DNA of 64,000 nucleotides, from positions 44,917-108,916 of the forward strand of contig CAYHLZ010000001.1 of NCBI GenBank assembly GCA_964357635.1, written 5' to 3'. This stretch comes from an uncultured Candidatus Saccharibacteria bacterium (GTDB lineage Bacteria; Patescibacteriota; Minisyncoccia; Phycocordibacterales; Zambryskibacteraceae). The number at the start of each line of letters is the position of its first letter. Positions within the stretch are counted from its first letter, which is position 1. A program made the position numbers and the translations under genes. Of the stretch, positions 41,701-50,123 are shown piece after piece. Below the pieces are notes generated by a model. The model was not told where the DNA came from, did not search any database, and was given only the letters and a program-made list of their open reading frames with translations.

Positions 41701-42672
41701 ATGATTCTTTCCTCAAGAAAGAGAGTAGCAGTGCTTCGCGGAGGCCCGTCTGACGAGTATAACGTTTCTTTAAAAAGCGGTGGTAATGTCCTCTCGCTCT
41801 TAAGAGAATTGTCTGATATTTATGACCCGATAGATATCTTCATTTCCAAGGACGGAGAGTGGCATCGCGAAGGATTGGTGTATGAACCACATCAGGCGCT
41901 CGGGCACGTGGACGTGGTTTGGAACGCACTCCACGGTTCGTATGGTGAAGATGGTCAGGTACAAAGAGTCTTAGAGGGTCTAAAGATTCCTTTTACGGGT
42001 TCGGGAGCATTGAGTTCTGCTTTTGCTATGAACAAGGTTTTGGCCAAAGATTTTTATAAGAAGCATGGCTTGCTCTCGCCTCGCCACGAGCTGGTAGAAA
42101 AAGGGGATAACCACGACCAGCTAATTCATATTTTCCGGAACTATCTTCTGCCAGTCATTATTAAGCCTACGAGTGGCGGTTCTTCAATAGGCATAATGAT
42201 GGCAGAAACTTTCAAAGAACTTGAAAATGCTATTAGAAGTTCACTCAATACTTACAAACAGGTTTTAGTAGAAGAGTTTATCAAGGGCAAGGAGGCGACC
42301 TGTGCTGTAGTAGAAAACTTTGCTGAAGAAAAGCTTTATGCCTTGCCTCCAGTGGAGATAAAGGTTAAGGGTAAAAGTTTCTTTGACTTTGAATCAAAGT
42401 ATTCTGGCAAAACGAAAGAAATCTGTCCTGGCAAATTTACATCAGCAGAGAAAGCGATGATTGAGGACATGTCCAAGAAAGCTCATGAGATCTTGGGACT
42501 AAGGCACTACTCACGTTCGGACTTTATCATTACTCCAAAAGGCAATGTTTATATCCTTGAGACAAACTCACTACCAGGATTGACAGAGGAATCTCTTTTA
42601 CCAAAATCTTTAAAGGCGATCAACTGGCACCCACGTGACTTTGTAGACCACGTACTTAAACTGACAATCTAG
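41701..42672 (+). CDS. ddl: D-alanine--D-alanine ligase
   Basis: VLRGGPSDEYNVSL, ALHGSYGEDGQVQ, ATP-grasp C-terminal half. Confidence 0.85.
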   Translation: MILSSRKRVAVLRGGPSDEYNVSLKSGGNVLSLLRELSDIYDPIDIFISKDGEWHREGLVYEPHQALGHVDVVWNALHGSYGEDGQVQRVLEGLKIPFTGSGALSSAFAMNKVLAKDFYKKHGLLSPRHELVEKGDNHDQLIHIFRNYLLPVIIKPTSGGSSIGIMMAETFKELENAIRSSLNTYKQVLVEEFIKGKEATCAVVENFAEEKLYALPPVEIKVKGKSFFDFESKYSGKTKEICPGKFTSAEKAMIEDMSKKAHEILGLRHYSRSDFIITPKGNVYILETNSLPGLTEESLLPKSLKAINWHPRDFVDHVLKLTI

Positions 42673-42675
42673 CCG

Positions 42676-42948
42676 ATGAGAGAAATAAAATGCATTGTCA
42701 GTGGCATTGTGCAGATTGTGATGTATCGCAGTTTCGCGCGCAGTAAAGCACATGCACTCGGGCTTGTGGGTACAGCTCGCAATCTTCCCGATGGTACGGT
42801 AGAGATCATCGCTCAAGGGGAGAAAGAGAAGTTGGAGAAGTTTATAGTGCATCTCCAAGAAGGTTCAATTTTCTCAAGGGTTGATAATGTTGAAGTTCTC
42901 TGGCGAGAGCCAAGTGCAGATTTTGAGGATTTCCGTATACTACTTTAA
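42676..42948 (+). CDS. acyP: Acylphosphatase
   Basis: VSGIVQIVMYRSF and GTARNLPDGTVEI signature motifs. Confidence 0.8.
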   Translation: MREIKCIVSGIVQIVMYRSFARSKAHALGLVGTARNLPDGTVEIIAQGEKEKLEKFIVHLQEGSIFSRVDNVEVLWREPSADFEDFRILL

Positions 42949-42954
42949 TTCAAT

Positions 42955-43635
42955 ATGAATACAGAAAAGAAACCACAATGCATTGGCATAATCTTAGACG
43001 GTAATCGTCGTTGGGCGAAAAAGAACGGACTGCCCTCGCTTGAAGGACACCGACGCGGGGTGGAGAAGTTGAAAGAGACTGCGCGCCAGGTTCGCGACCG
43101 AGGGATAAAGCATTTAGCAGTTTTTGCTTTTTCAACCGAGAATTGGAATCGGAGTAAAGAGGAGGTGGGCTACCTCTTGAAACTTTTCCGTTCCGCAATG
43201 GATGAATTTTTCGAAGAACTCTCAAAAGAAAATATCAGAGTGAAGTTTGCGGGAGAGCGTGAACGCCTTGACCCCGATACGCAAGCTGCCATGACTCGCA
43301 TGGAAGAGGCAAGTCAAGAAAATACTGGACTAACCTTGTGGGTATGTTTCTCCTACGGCGGGCGTGCCGAGATTGTCGCAGCGGCAAATAATGCCAAAAA
43401 AGAAGGCGAGATTACAGAAGAGTCACTCAATAAAAATCTATGGACCAGAGATATGCCTGACCCAGATATTATTATTCGCACAGGTGGGGAGAAACGTCTC
43501 TCTGGCTTCCTCACTTGGCAGAGTATCTACTCAGAACTTTTCTTAATTAACGAATACTGGCCCGACTTTAGCGAAAAAATCTTGGACTCTGTCCTATCAG
43601 AATTCAGCGAACGCACGAGAAGAATGGGGAAATAA
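42955..43635 (+). CDS. uppS: Undecaprenyl diphosphate synthase (cis-prenyltransferase)
   Basis: IGIILDGNRRWAKK, AFSTENWNR, RTGGEKRLSGF. Confidence 0.9.
   Translation: MNTEKKPQCIGIILDGNRRWAKKNGLPSLEGHRRGVEKLKETARQVRDRGIKHLAVFAFSTENWNRSKEEVGYLLKLFRSAMDEFFEELSKENIRVKFAGERERLDPDTQAAMTRMEEASQENTGLTLWVCFSYGGRAEIVAAANNAKKEGEITEESLNKNLWTRDMPDPDIIIRTGGEKRLSGFLTWQSIYSELFLINEYWPDFSEKILDSVLSEFSERTRRMGK
43566..43635 (+). repeat. Direct repeat copy 1: native 3' end of uppS
   Basis: Aligns at ~85% identity with 44830..44899; both in frame, encoding FSEKILDSV..FSERTRRMGK*. Confidence 0.8.
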
Positions 43636-43678
43636 AAACTGGCCGCCCCTGTTGGGAAGCGGCCAGTAAACGAACACA

Positions 43679-44416
43679 TCAAATCATCTTGAAGGACTGG
43701 TCCTTGGCACCGGTCTTTTCGGCAAGCAACCTCGCCCTTTCCCGAAGTTGGTTTACTTCGGTTTTATTCTTGCTGATACGGTCAAGGAATCGAGCCGAGT
43801 GCCAGAAGATACGTGCTGCTTGCCGAGGCTCTTCCTTCTCGGCTTCCTTGGCGGCATTAATTGCTGCCTGCACCTCCCTTATCACTAAGTTCCGGCGTCT
43901 ACACCTGCCACTAAACCTGCTACCTTCGTGCCAGTAAATATCTGCTCGCCCGACGTGGAGGTGTCCCCGCGTGTGGGCTTCCACCAAGCGCTTGTTGAGC
44001 GCCTCGGTAATACACCTCTTCGCCTCGGCATACTTGAAGTGACTGCGCAGGACGCTCTGGCGAATGTTGCACATGCCTGCTGTCATCTTTCCGTAGCCGC
44101 CCATGAGCTTAACAGCGCGATTTGAGCAGGGAAGCGCGCGTGAGTAGCAAACCACGGCAAGTGGAAGCCATGTGAAGCACCACGCTACGGTTCTCGCCGG
44201 GGCACGCCATCCCGATTGAAACGCTGCCTTGAGTTGCGCAAGCGCCGTGCGGTAAATTGAGTAGTAGGTACTCGAGAGCGCGGAGTAACCCTTCGCCCGC
44301 ACCCACCTGTCCGTTGAACTGAGGTTCAACTCGTTGTCCTTCCGTGATTTGGAAAAGAGCTCAAGCTTGGCGCGAAACGATGTCTCGCTCCAGCTCAGGT
44401 CGCTGATTGATGTCAT
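43679..44416 (-). CDS. Hypothetical protein (islet cargo)
   Basis: 245-aa ORF, GC-rich, no motif. Confidence 0.35.
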   Translation of the reverse strand: MTSISDLSWSETSFRAKLELFSKSRKDNELNLSSTDRWVRAKGYSALSSTYYSIYRTALAQLKAAFQSGWRAPARTVAWCFTWLPLAVVCYSRALPCSNRAVKLMGGYGKMTAGMCNIRQSVLRSHFKYAEAKRCITEALNKRLVEAHTRGHLHVGRADIYWHEGSRFSGRCRRRNLVIREVQAAINAAKEAEKEEPRQAARIFWHSARFLDRISKNKTEVNQLRERARLLAEKTGAKDQSFKMI

Positions 44417-44534
44417 CGCAATCTCCCTTTTTGGGGTGTTTCTAAGCCTATCCCTATAATAACATATATTTTGCCTTTATGCAAGTAAAAGAGCTTTGGG
44501 CATACACCCAAAGCTCTCTGGCTTCGAAACAAGG

Positions 44535-44768
44535 TCAGTGTTCGAGTGGGGCGCAGTCATACGAGTCCCAAGAACCATCGTATGTTCCGCGTACCGAGAT
44601 GGCTCGGCCGTCTTTCGTTCTGCACTCGGCTTCGAACTCAACATCCTGTCCGTTCTGGGACATTTTGAGCTCGAGAAGCTCACCAAGCTCGCCCCTGTTT
44701 GCTGCGGCAAGGGCGCCGGCGACAAACTTCTTCTCATCTTCAGTGAAAGGTTTAATAGGTGTCAACAT
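44535..44768 (-). CDS. Hypothetical small protein (islet cargo)
   Basis: 77-aa ORF, GC-rich. Confidence 0.3.
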   Translation of the reverse strand: MLTPIKPFTEDEKKFVAGALAAANRGELGELLELKMSQNGQDVEFEAECRTKDGRAISVRGTYDGSWDSYDCAPLEH

Positions 44769-44829
44769 GAGCCCTCCTTCATTTCTGGGTGCACTGTAAC
44801 TGTTTGCAGAAAAAAGTCAATTTTTACAG

Positions 44830-44899
44830 GCTTCAGCGAAAAAATACTTGACTCTGTTATCTACGGATTCAGCGAACGCACTAGAAGAATGGGGAAGTA
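44830..44899 (+). repeat. Direct repeat copy 2: diverged duplicate of uppS 3' end (encodes ...FSEKILDSVIYGFSERTRRMGK*)
   Basis: See copy 1. Substitutions are mostly synonymous/conservative, suggesting an element-borne copy from a related genome. Confidence 0.8.
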
Positions 44900-45019
44900 A
44901 TTTGTGGACTACAGTGTAAAATCTTTTTACTAGATAGGGGTATTGACTGAGTCCTTTTTTTGTTGTTGATTGTGTGTAGTGTTGTTGCAACGCGCAGGCA
45001 TGAGTGATATTCTATAGAA

Positions 45020-45370
45020 ATGGAAAAAAATAAAGAATTAGGACAGCTCCTAAAGGAGCTGCGCGAGAAAGCTTTTTACGGAATGGGGCTAAGACGGGTG
45101 GCCGATAAAGTTGGTATTGATTATGCTCACATTTTCCGAATTGAAGTTGGTCAATATATACCTTCAGACGAAAACCTTATTAAACTACTCGATGCTTATA
45201 AGGCAAATCATCAGGAGAAAATGACTGCTTTTAAGTTAGCGCGCCTTACTCCTGGTTTCCATAAAGTTATTGAGCAGGCACGAAAGTACTTGGGAAGTGA
45301 TAAAGCTCTTGCTGGAGCTTTTTTCCGTAAAGAAAAAGGAAATAAGAGAAGCGAAAAAGATGAAAAATAA
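45020..45370 (+). CDS. XRE-family HTH transcriptional regulator
   Basis: HTH GMGLRRVADKVGIDYAHIFRIEVGQYIPS; paired with ImmA/IrrE gene 3 nt downstream. Confidence 0.7.
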   Translation: MEKNKELGQLLKELREKAFYGMGLRRVADKVGIDYAHIFRIEVGQYIPSDENLIKLLDAYKANHQEKMTAFKLARLTPGFHKVIEQARKYLGSDKALAGAFFRKEKGNKRSEKDEK

Positions 45371-45372
45371 AT

Positions 45373-46071
45373 ATGAGGCAATCCGAACCAAATGAATACT
45401 TTCCTTTTTTGACCAACGAGATGGTCGAGGAACAGGCACGAACAGACTTTCTGAAGTATCAGAGAGCAACAGGTCGAGAACTAACCTTTCCTATTTATCC
45501 AGATGAAATCCTTCAAGGGTTGTGGGGTGTTACTGTGGAGTATTTAGATGAGGTTTTTTCATCTGACAATGAGGAGGTACTAGCCTGTTTTATTCCTGAG
45601 AAGCAAGTTGTTTATCTAAACAACTCAATGCGGGGATTAGAGGGTCGTGTTTCTTTCAGTCTTGCTCATGAAGCTGGACACGTGTCTCTTCACAGTTTTC
45701 TCGCAAAAGTTGGATATAAGGAGGCGTTGTGTCGTGGGAAACTATCCGTGGGTGACAAGGAGAAAATGATAGAGAGACAAGCTGATAGGTATGCTTCGGC
45801 GCTTCTTATGCCGAAGAATGTTTTGCTCGTTAAGTTAGGACAACTTGAGCATACTCCAACTGGGGTTTTTGACTTAACCATTTACGGTAAAAAGCTCAGT
45901 GATTTTTTTGGAGTTTCTCATCAAGCACTTGAAAGAAGGCTGGCTGATCTTGGTATCAGTTCCATTGGTGGTTACTATGGTGTTAAAACCAAGAAAGTGT
46001 CAGAAAAGTTCTTTGAAGATATGGAAGCAGAGAGGACAACTTGGTCAGCCCACAAAAAAGGTCGAGTATAA
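45373..46071 (+). CDS. ImmA/IrrE-family metallopeptidase (DUF955)
   Basis: HEAGHVSLH zinc motif and downstream ADRYASALLMPKNVL typical of ImmA/IrrE. Confidence 0.75.
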   Translation: MRQSEPNEYFPFLTNEMVEEQARTDFLKYQRATGRELTFPIYPDEILQGLWGVTVEYLDEVFSSDNEEVLACFIPEKQVVYLNNSMRGLEGRVSFSLAHEAGHVSLHSFLAKVGYKEALCRGKLSVGDKEKMIERQADRYASALLMPKNVLLVKLGQLEHTPTGVFDLTIYGKKLSDFFGVSHQALERRLADLGISSIGGYYGVKTKKVSEKFFEDMEAERTTWSAHKKGRV

Positions 46072-46218
46072 CAAAGAGCGCCCCAGTTGTAGCTGGGACG
46101 CTCTTCGAATACTTGTACCTGTGGTAGTCGCTTTCGAGTAGAAATAACTATTCCAAGCACAAAATTACTAACAAATTAATACTACCACAAGGGGTGTATT
46201 CGGCAAGCAAAAGCACAT

Positions 46219-46683
46219 ATGTCGTTATACATTCTCAGGGCTAAGCCAAATCCTTCCGGTAAGGACAAATATGGTCAGTATGCCCCCAATTCTCAGCAAA
46301 ATGCAGAGTGGATTGATATTCAAAACACTAGCGGTAAGGCTCTGAATATGACCGGTGTAAAAGTCTACGATCACAAGTTTGATGTTTACGGAAGAGATGA
46401 AGGTCGTAGGGAGGTTTACAAGTTTGGTAGTTGGGATATGCCTGTTAATACGGTAGTCCGTATTCATTCGGGTGATCGTGTAGAGATTAGCTCACTACCT
46501 TCCATTGATAGAGATGGTGCTAACTACCACTTTTTCACATGGCAACCTTACGTTTGGAATAACGTATGGGGTGACACTGCAGAAGTGCGTAATTCTACCG
46601 ACCTATTAATCGACAAGGCATCTTACGGACGTAATCCAACTGAGGGCGCAATACTTAAGCGCTACGGAGACCATCTGATCTAA
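46219..46683 (+). CDS. Lamin-tail-domain (LTD)-like protein
   Basis: YILRAKPNPSGKDKYG...AEWIDIQNTSGKALNMTGVKV...VVRIHSG resembles the LTD consensus (NP.G.D...EWIEL.N.s...vdLsGw). Confidence 0.5.
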   Translation: MSLYILRAKPNPSGKDKYGQYAPNSQQNAEWIDIQNTSGKALNMTGVKVYDHKFDVYGRDEGRREVYKFGSWDMPVNTVVRIHSGDRVEISSLPSIDRDGANYHFFTWQPYVWNNVWGDTAEVRNSTDLLIDKASYGRNPTEGAILKRYGDHLI

Positions 46684-46763
46684 AGAAGCTTGTTTATAGT
46701 TCAAAAGACCTCACTTCTGTTGGGGTTTTTTGATTTGTCGTAATCCAACTAAAACTTCAATTT

Positions 46764-46839
46764 TGGTGGACCCTACCGGATTCGAACCGGTGACCTCCTC
46801 ATTGCAAATGAGGCGCTCTACCAACTAAGCTAAGGGCCC
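46764..46839 (-). tRNA. tRNA-Ala (anticodon TGC) with encoded CCA
   Basis: Reverse complement GGGCCCTTAGCTTAGTTGGTAGAGCGCCTCATTTGCAATGAGGAGGTCACCGGTTCGAATCCGGTAGGGTCCACCA; G3:U70 pair, canonical D- and T-loops. Confidence 0.85.
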
Positions 46840-46921
46840 TTCGATGGACTCAGGACAAGCCCAATAAGGCAAAAGTATAGTGGACAAAGACCGAAAAATC
46901 AATTAAAAATAATCAATAAAA

Positions 46922-46995
46922 GGGCCTATAGTATAGTAGTAACACGCGTCCATGGCATGGACGAGTCGCGAGTGCGATTCTCGCTAGGTCCACCA
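46922..46995 (+). tRNA. Atypical tRNA-like element (Ala-like acceptor with G3:U70, anticodon-loop GGC, degenerate D- and T-loops; possible pseudo-tRNA)
   Basis: GGGCCTA...TAGGTCCACCA acceptor with G3:U70; anticodon arm CGTCC-ATGGCAT-GGACG; T-arm GCGAG-TGCGATT-CTCGC lacks TTC; D-arm lacks GG. CCA abuts the ATG of the next ORF. Confidence 0.35.
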
Positions 46996-47456
46996 TGTTT
47001 CAAGAAATTTTTTACATCTTCATAATAGCAATGTCTCCTGTGGTGGAGATTAGCGGAGCGATACCTCTTGCTATTCTCACCTTTGACTTCAGTCCGCTTC
47101 AGGCGTACTCGGTGGCGCTTCTTGGAAACCTCATCCCGCCACTCTTTCTCATACCGTTTCTCGGCAGGGTAGACGCCTTTCTTTCTGCTCGCTCTGAACT
47201 CTGGCAAAGGGTCTTTGGTAAGTTTCTCGCAAGGACTAAGGATAACCACATAAAGAAATTTGAAGTTATGAAGGAGCTTGTCCTATTTGTCCTTCTAGTT
47301 ATTCCAACTCCTCTCACTGGCGTCTGGACTGCCTCACTTCTCTCGCACATCTTTGGTATCTCTCTTAGAAAAGCGTATCCTCTCATCGTCTTCGGCCAGC
47401 TTATAGCGGGAATAGTTGTTATTGGAGCAACTCTTGGAATCAGTGCGATTTTTTAG
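46995..47456 (+). CDS. Small polytopic membrane protein (small multidrug-export-like family?)
   Basis: Four hydrophobic helices; loose resemblance to the Sm_multidrug_ex family; immediately upstream of the TasA-like cluster. Confidence 0.4.
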   Translation: MFQEIFYIFIIAMSPVVEISGAIPLAILTFDFSPLQAYSVALLGNLIPPLFLIPFLGRVDAFLSARSELWQRVFGKFLARTKDNHIKKFEVMKELVLFVLLVIPTPLTGVWTASLLSHIFGISLRKAYPLIVFGQLIAGIVVIGATLGISAIF

Positions 47457-47758
47457 TATATGTTACGACACGGTTTTATTTGGTTTACTAGTTGTTGACA
47501 ATTTAATCTCGGGAGTAAACTGCCTTGATGTTCTACCCTTGTTTCTAAACGAGGTGTGGGACATAACGATTAAGCGGGCTTACCGTCGGTCGCTCCGGCA
47601 CCCCTAGACAGAGGTGTGGTCGCGACGACTCAAGTGCTTATTCTTGATTGGTCGCTAGCGCACCTATGTGGTGCTGCAGTCGACCGAGGGCCTAGCCGCA
47701 CTGTGTTGTAAGACACAGAGTGCTATTAAAAGAAATTAGAAATAATTAATAATAAAAT

Positions 47759-48670
47759 ATGCAAAAAGTTCTTAGTATTCAGAGGATCCTCCTCGCTCTT
47801 GGAATCTTGGTATTCCTCGGAGCCGCTATCGTCGGTGCCACAGGCGCCTTCTTCAGCGACACGGAGACCTCAACAGGTAACACGTTTGCCGCAGGTGAAC
47901 TCGATCTCACGATTGACAACTCAAGCTACGGCTTCGATTACAATGACCCAAACAACCGCGAACCAATAGGCAATTGGGGTTTAAACGCGTCTAACTCATG
48001 GACTCTTCGAAATCTCAATGAATGTGGTCCGCTGGATCAGAATGGTGCCACGACTACTGGCCCATGTCTCTTCTTCAACTTCGACGACTTGAAGCCGGGA
48101 GATTACGGTGAGGATACCATCTCGCTCCATGTGCAGAACGACGCCTACGCATGTATGGCGCTTAAACTCACAGCAACACCTGAAAATGATGTAAATGAGG
48201 CAGAAGCTGAGGGTCTTCCTGTAGATACAACGCTCGGAAGTGATGAGGGTGAACTTCAGAATTATCTCAACTTCGCCTTCTGGCGTGACGACGGAGACAA
48301 TGTCTTCGAATGTACCAGTGTCGGAGAGGACCAAACAACATGTCTCGCCACGGAACAAATTCTCTTCCAAGATTCAGCAACGAATCTTAGCCAAGTTCCA
48401 AACACAATTGCGGACCCCGGGAACGGACAGGTGTTGAAAGCCGACGATACGTACTATGTCGGCAAGTCATGGTGCTTCGGCAAAATGAGTCAAAATCCAG
48501 TTCAGAACAACGGCAATGCCGCTCCTACTGAAACTACCACAGGATTCACCTGCGACGGTGTAGGCAATCACAATGATGCCCAGACAGATGGTATTGTTGT
48601 GAACGTTGAATTCTCTGCGGTACAGGCAAGGAACAATGCAGGCTTCCTTTGCTCACCGCTACTACAATAA
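47759..48670 (+). CDS. TasA/CalY (camelysin)-like secreted protein with SipW-cognate signal region, paralogue 1
   Basis: Signal peptide then ATGAFFSDTETSTGNTFAAGELDLTIDN (compare Bacillus CalY ...FAFFSDKEVSNNTFAAGTLDL). Shared paralogue block FDDLKPGDYGEDTISLHVQNDAYACM. C-terminal FSAVQARNN. Confidence 0.65.
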   Translation: MQKVLSIQRILLALGILVFLGAAIVGATGAFFSDTETSTGNTFAAGELDLTIDNSSYGFDYNDPNNREPIGNWGLNASNSWTLRNLNECGPLDQNGATTTGPCLFFNFDDLKPGDYGEDTISLHVQNDAYACMALKLTATPENDVNEAEAEGLPVDTTLGSDEGELQNYLNFAFWRDDGDNVFECTSVGEDQTTCLATEQILFQDSATNLSQVPNTIADPGNGQVLKADDTYYVGKSWCFGKMSQNPVQNNGNAAPTETTTGFTCDGVGNHNDAQTDGIVVNVEFSAVQARNNAGFLCSPLLQ

Positions 48671-48831
48671 GTTTATCTCTAGCCCTTCGACAAGCTCAGG
48701 GTAAACCAACCCTGACTCGCGAATAGCCGAATCCGCCCCGATACAGCATCGGAGCGGAGGGGCTGTTCATGAGAACAGCGAGCACAATCGGATTAACAGC
48801 GAATCAGACATTATTAAAATTAAAAATATTT

Positions 48832-50064
48832 ATGTTAAGCATATTCTCTAACGTGCGCGTACTCTTCGGCTCGCTCATCATAGTGGGCGCCGTGGCGGCT
48901 CTCGCGACGGGACTCACTGGCGCATTTTTCTCCGACACAGAAACGTCAACCAACAACCGCTTCACCGCAGGCGCCATAGACCTGAAGGTTGATAACGAAT
49001 CTTGGTACAACGGAAATGAGTGTGTGCAGAGCGAAGAAGGTTGGGTCTGGCAGGGTCCTAACCCTTACCCAGTTTCCGGTACGCCATGCACGACCTCATT
49101 CCTACCTTCTGACCTTGACGCTGGCTACCTCTTTTTTGATTTCCTAGACCTTAAACCAGATGACGAAGGTGAAGACACCATCTCTCTTCATGTTCAAAAC
49201 GATGCATGGGCATGTATGGACCTGACACTCACATCAAATGACGACAACTCAACATCAGAGCCAGAGAGTTTGGTAGACCAAGCAGAAGATCCGCTTAACT
49301 TCTGGGACGGCGAGCTTGCGCAAAATCTTCAGTTCCTATGGTGGGCTGACGATGGCGACAATGTTCACGAGGTGGGAGAGAAGGTGCTCTCTGACGGTGT
49401 TGAAACTCTCTACAACCTTGCCACCTCTACTGGCGCCTTCTCGATAGTGCTCGCTGATTCTACGCAGAACGCTTGGGGCCTCCCCGCGGGCACCCCACTT
49501 CCTGCAAACGAAACTGTTTATATTGCCAAAGCATGGTGTCTAGGCACTCTTACCGATGATCCTGTACCAGACAATGGCGGCGTAAACCCCGGAGTTGACC
49601 CTGGCGTAAACTGTGATGGCACACTTCTTAATAACCTCACACAAACAGATGGAGTGGAGCTGACACTTGCCTTCAGCGCAGTACAGGCTAGAAACAACGA
49701 ATCTTTCCGCTGTAACCCGCCAGATACCAGAACCGCAACACTTACCGTCAATAAAGCAACCCTAACCTCAACCGCAGGTATTGAAGTTGGCGACTTTACT
49801 CTCCACATTGTTGGTCCGAATGGAGATCAAGTTGTCTCGGATGAAATTCCAACCGCCGGTCTGCCCGCTGGGTCGTACACGACATATGAAGTTGTCACGG
49901 GTGATGTTTTAGGAAAGACGTTTATTACAACGTTCAGTGGTGTTTGTTCAAATGTTGGAAACAGCATGACATCATTACCATTCGCAGTGAATCCTAATGA
50001 CAACGTTACCTGCGTTATTCTAAACGATGAGGTAGGCGATTTCATTCCTCCTACCTTCAACTAG
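48832..50064 (+). CDS. TasA/CalY-like secreted protein, paralogue 2
   Basis: LTGAFFSDTETSTNNRFTAGAIDLKVDN; FLDLKPDDEGEDTISLHVQNDAWACMDL; FSAVQARNN. Start taken at internal ATG giving a typical signal peptide (ORF track starts 48769). Confidence 0.65.
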   Translation: MLSIFSNVRVLFGSLIIVGAVAALATGLTGAFFSDTETSTNNRFTAGAIDLKVDNESWYNGNECVQSEEGWVWQGPNPYPVSGTPCTTSFLPSDLDAGYLFFDFLDLKPDDEGEDTISLHVQNDAWACMDLTLTSNDDNSTSEPESLVDQAEDPLNFWDGELAQNLQFLWWADDGDNVHEVGEKVLSDGVETLYNLATSTGAFSIVLADSTQNAWGLPAGTPLPANETVYIAKAWCLGTLTDDPVPDNGGVNPGVDPGVNCDGTLLNNLTQTDGVELTLAFSAVQARNNESFRCNPPDTRTATLTVNKATLTSTAGIEVGDFTLHIVGPNGDQVVSDEIPTAGLPAGSYTTYEVVTGDVLGKTFITTFSGVCSNVGNSMTSLPFAVNPNDNVTCVILNDEVGDFIPPTFN

Positions 50065-50123
50065 TTTGCCTTCGTGCTTGTGAGCAGTTTGTTCTTCTTG
50101 GTTTCTGATGACCAGCATAAAAT

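Larger units (their letters stand above)
43636..44829. mobile_element. GC-rich ~1.2-kb insert behind uppS, bounded by duplicated uppS 3' end
   Basis: Composition shift; two minus-strand hypothetical ORFs; flanking ~70-bp direct repeats of the uppS 3' end. Confidence 0.5.

Noticed and set aside
44900-44925. Possible partial tRNA-Ala 3'-end repeat (TTGTGGACTACAG versus TGGTGGACCCTACCGG)
   Set aside because: Only ~11/16 matches with gaps; not convincing as an att scar.
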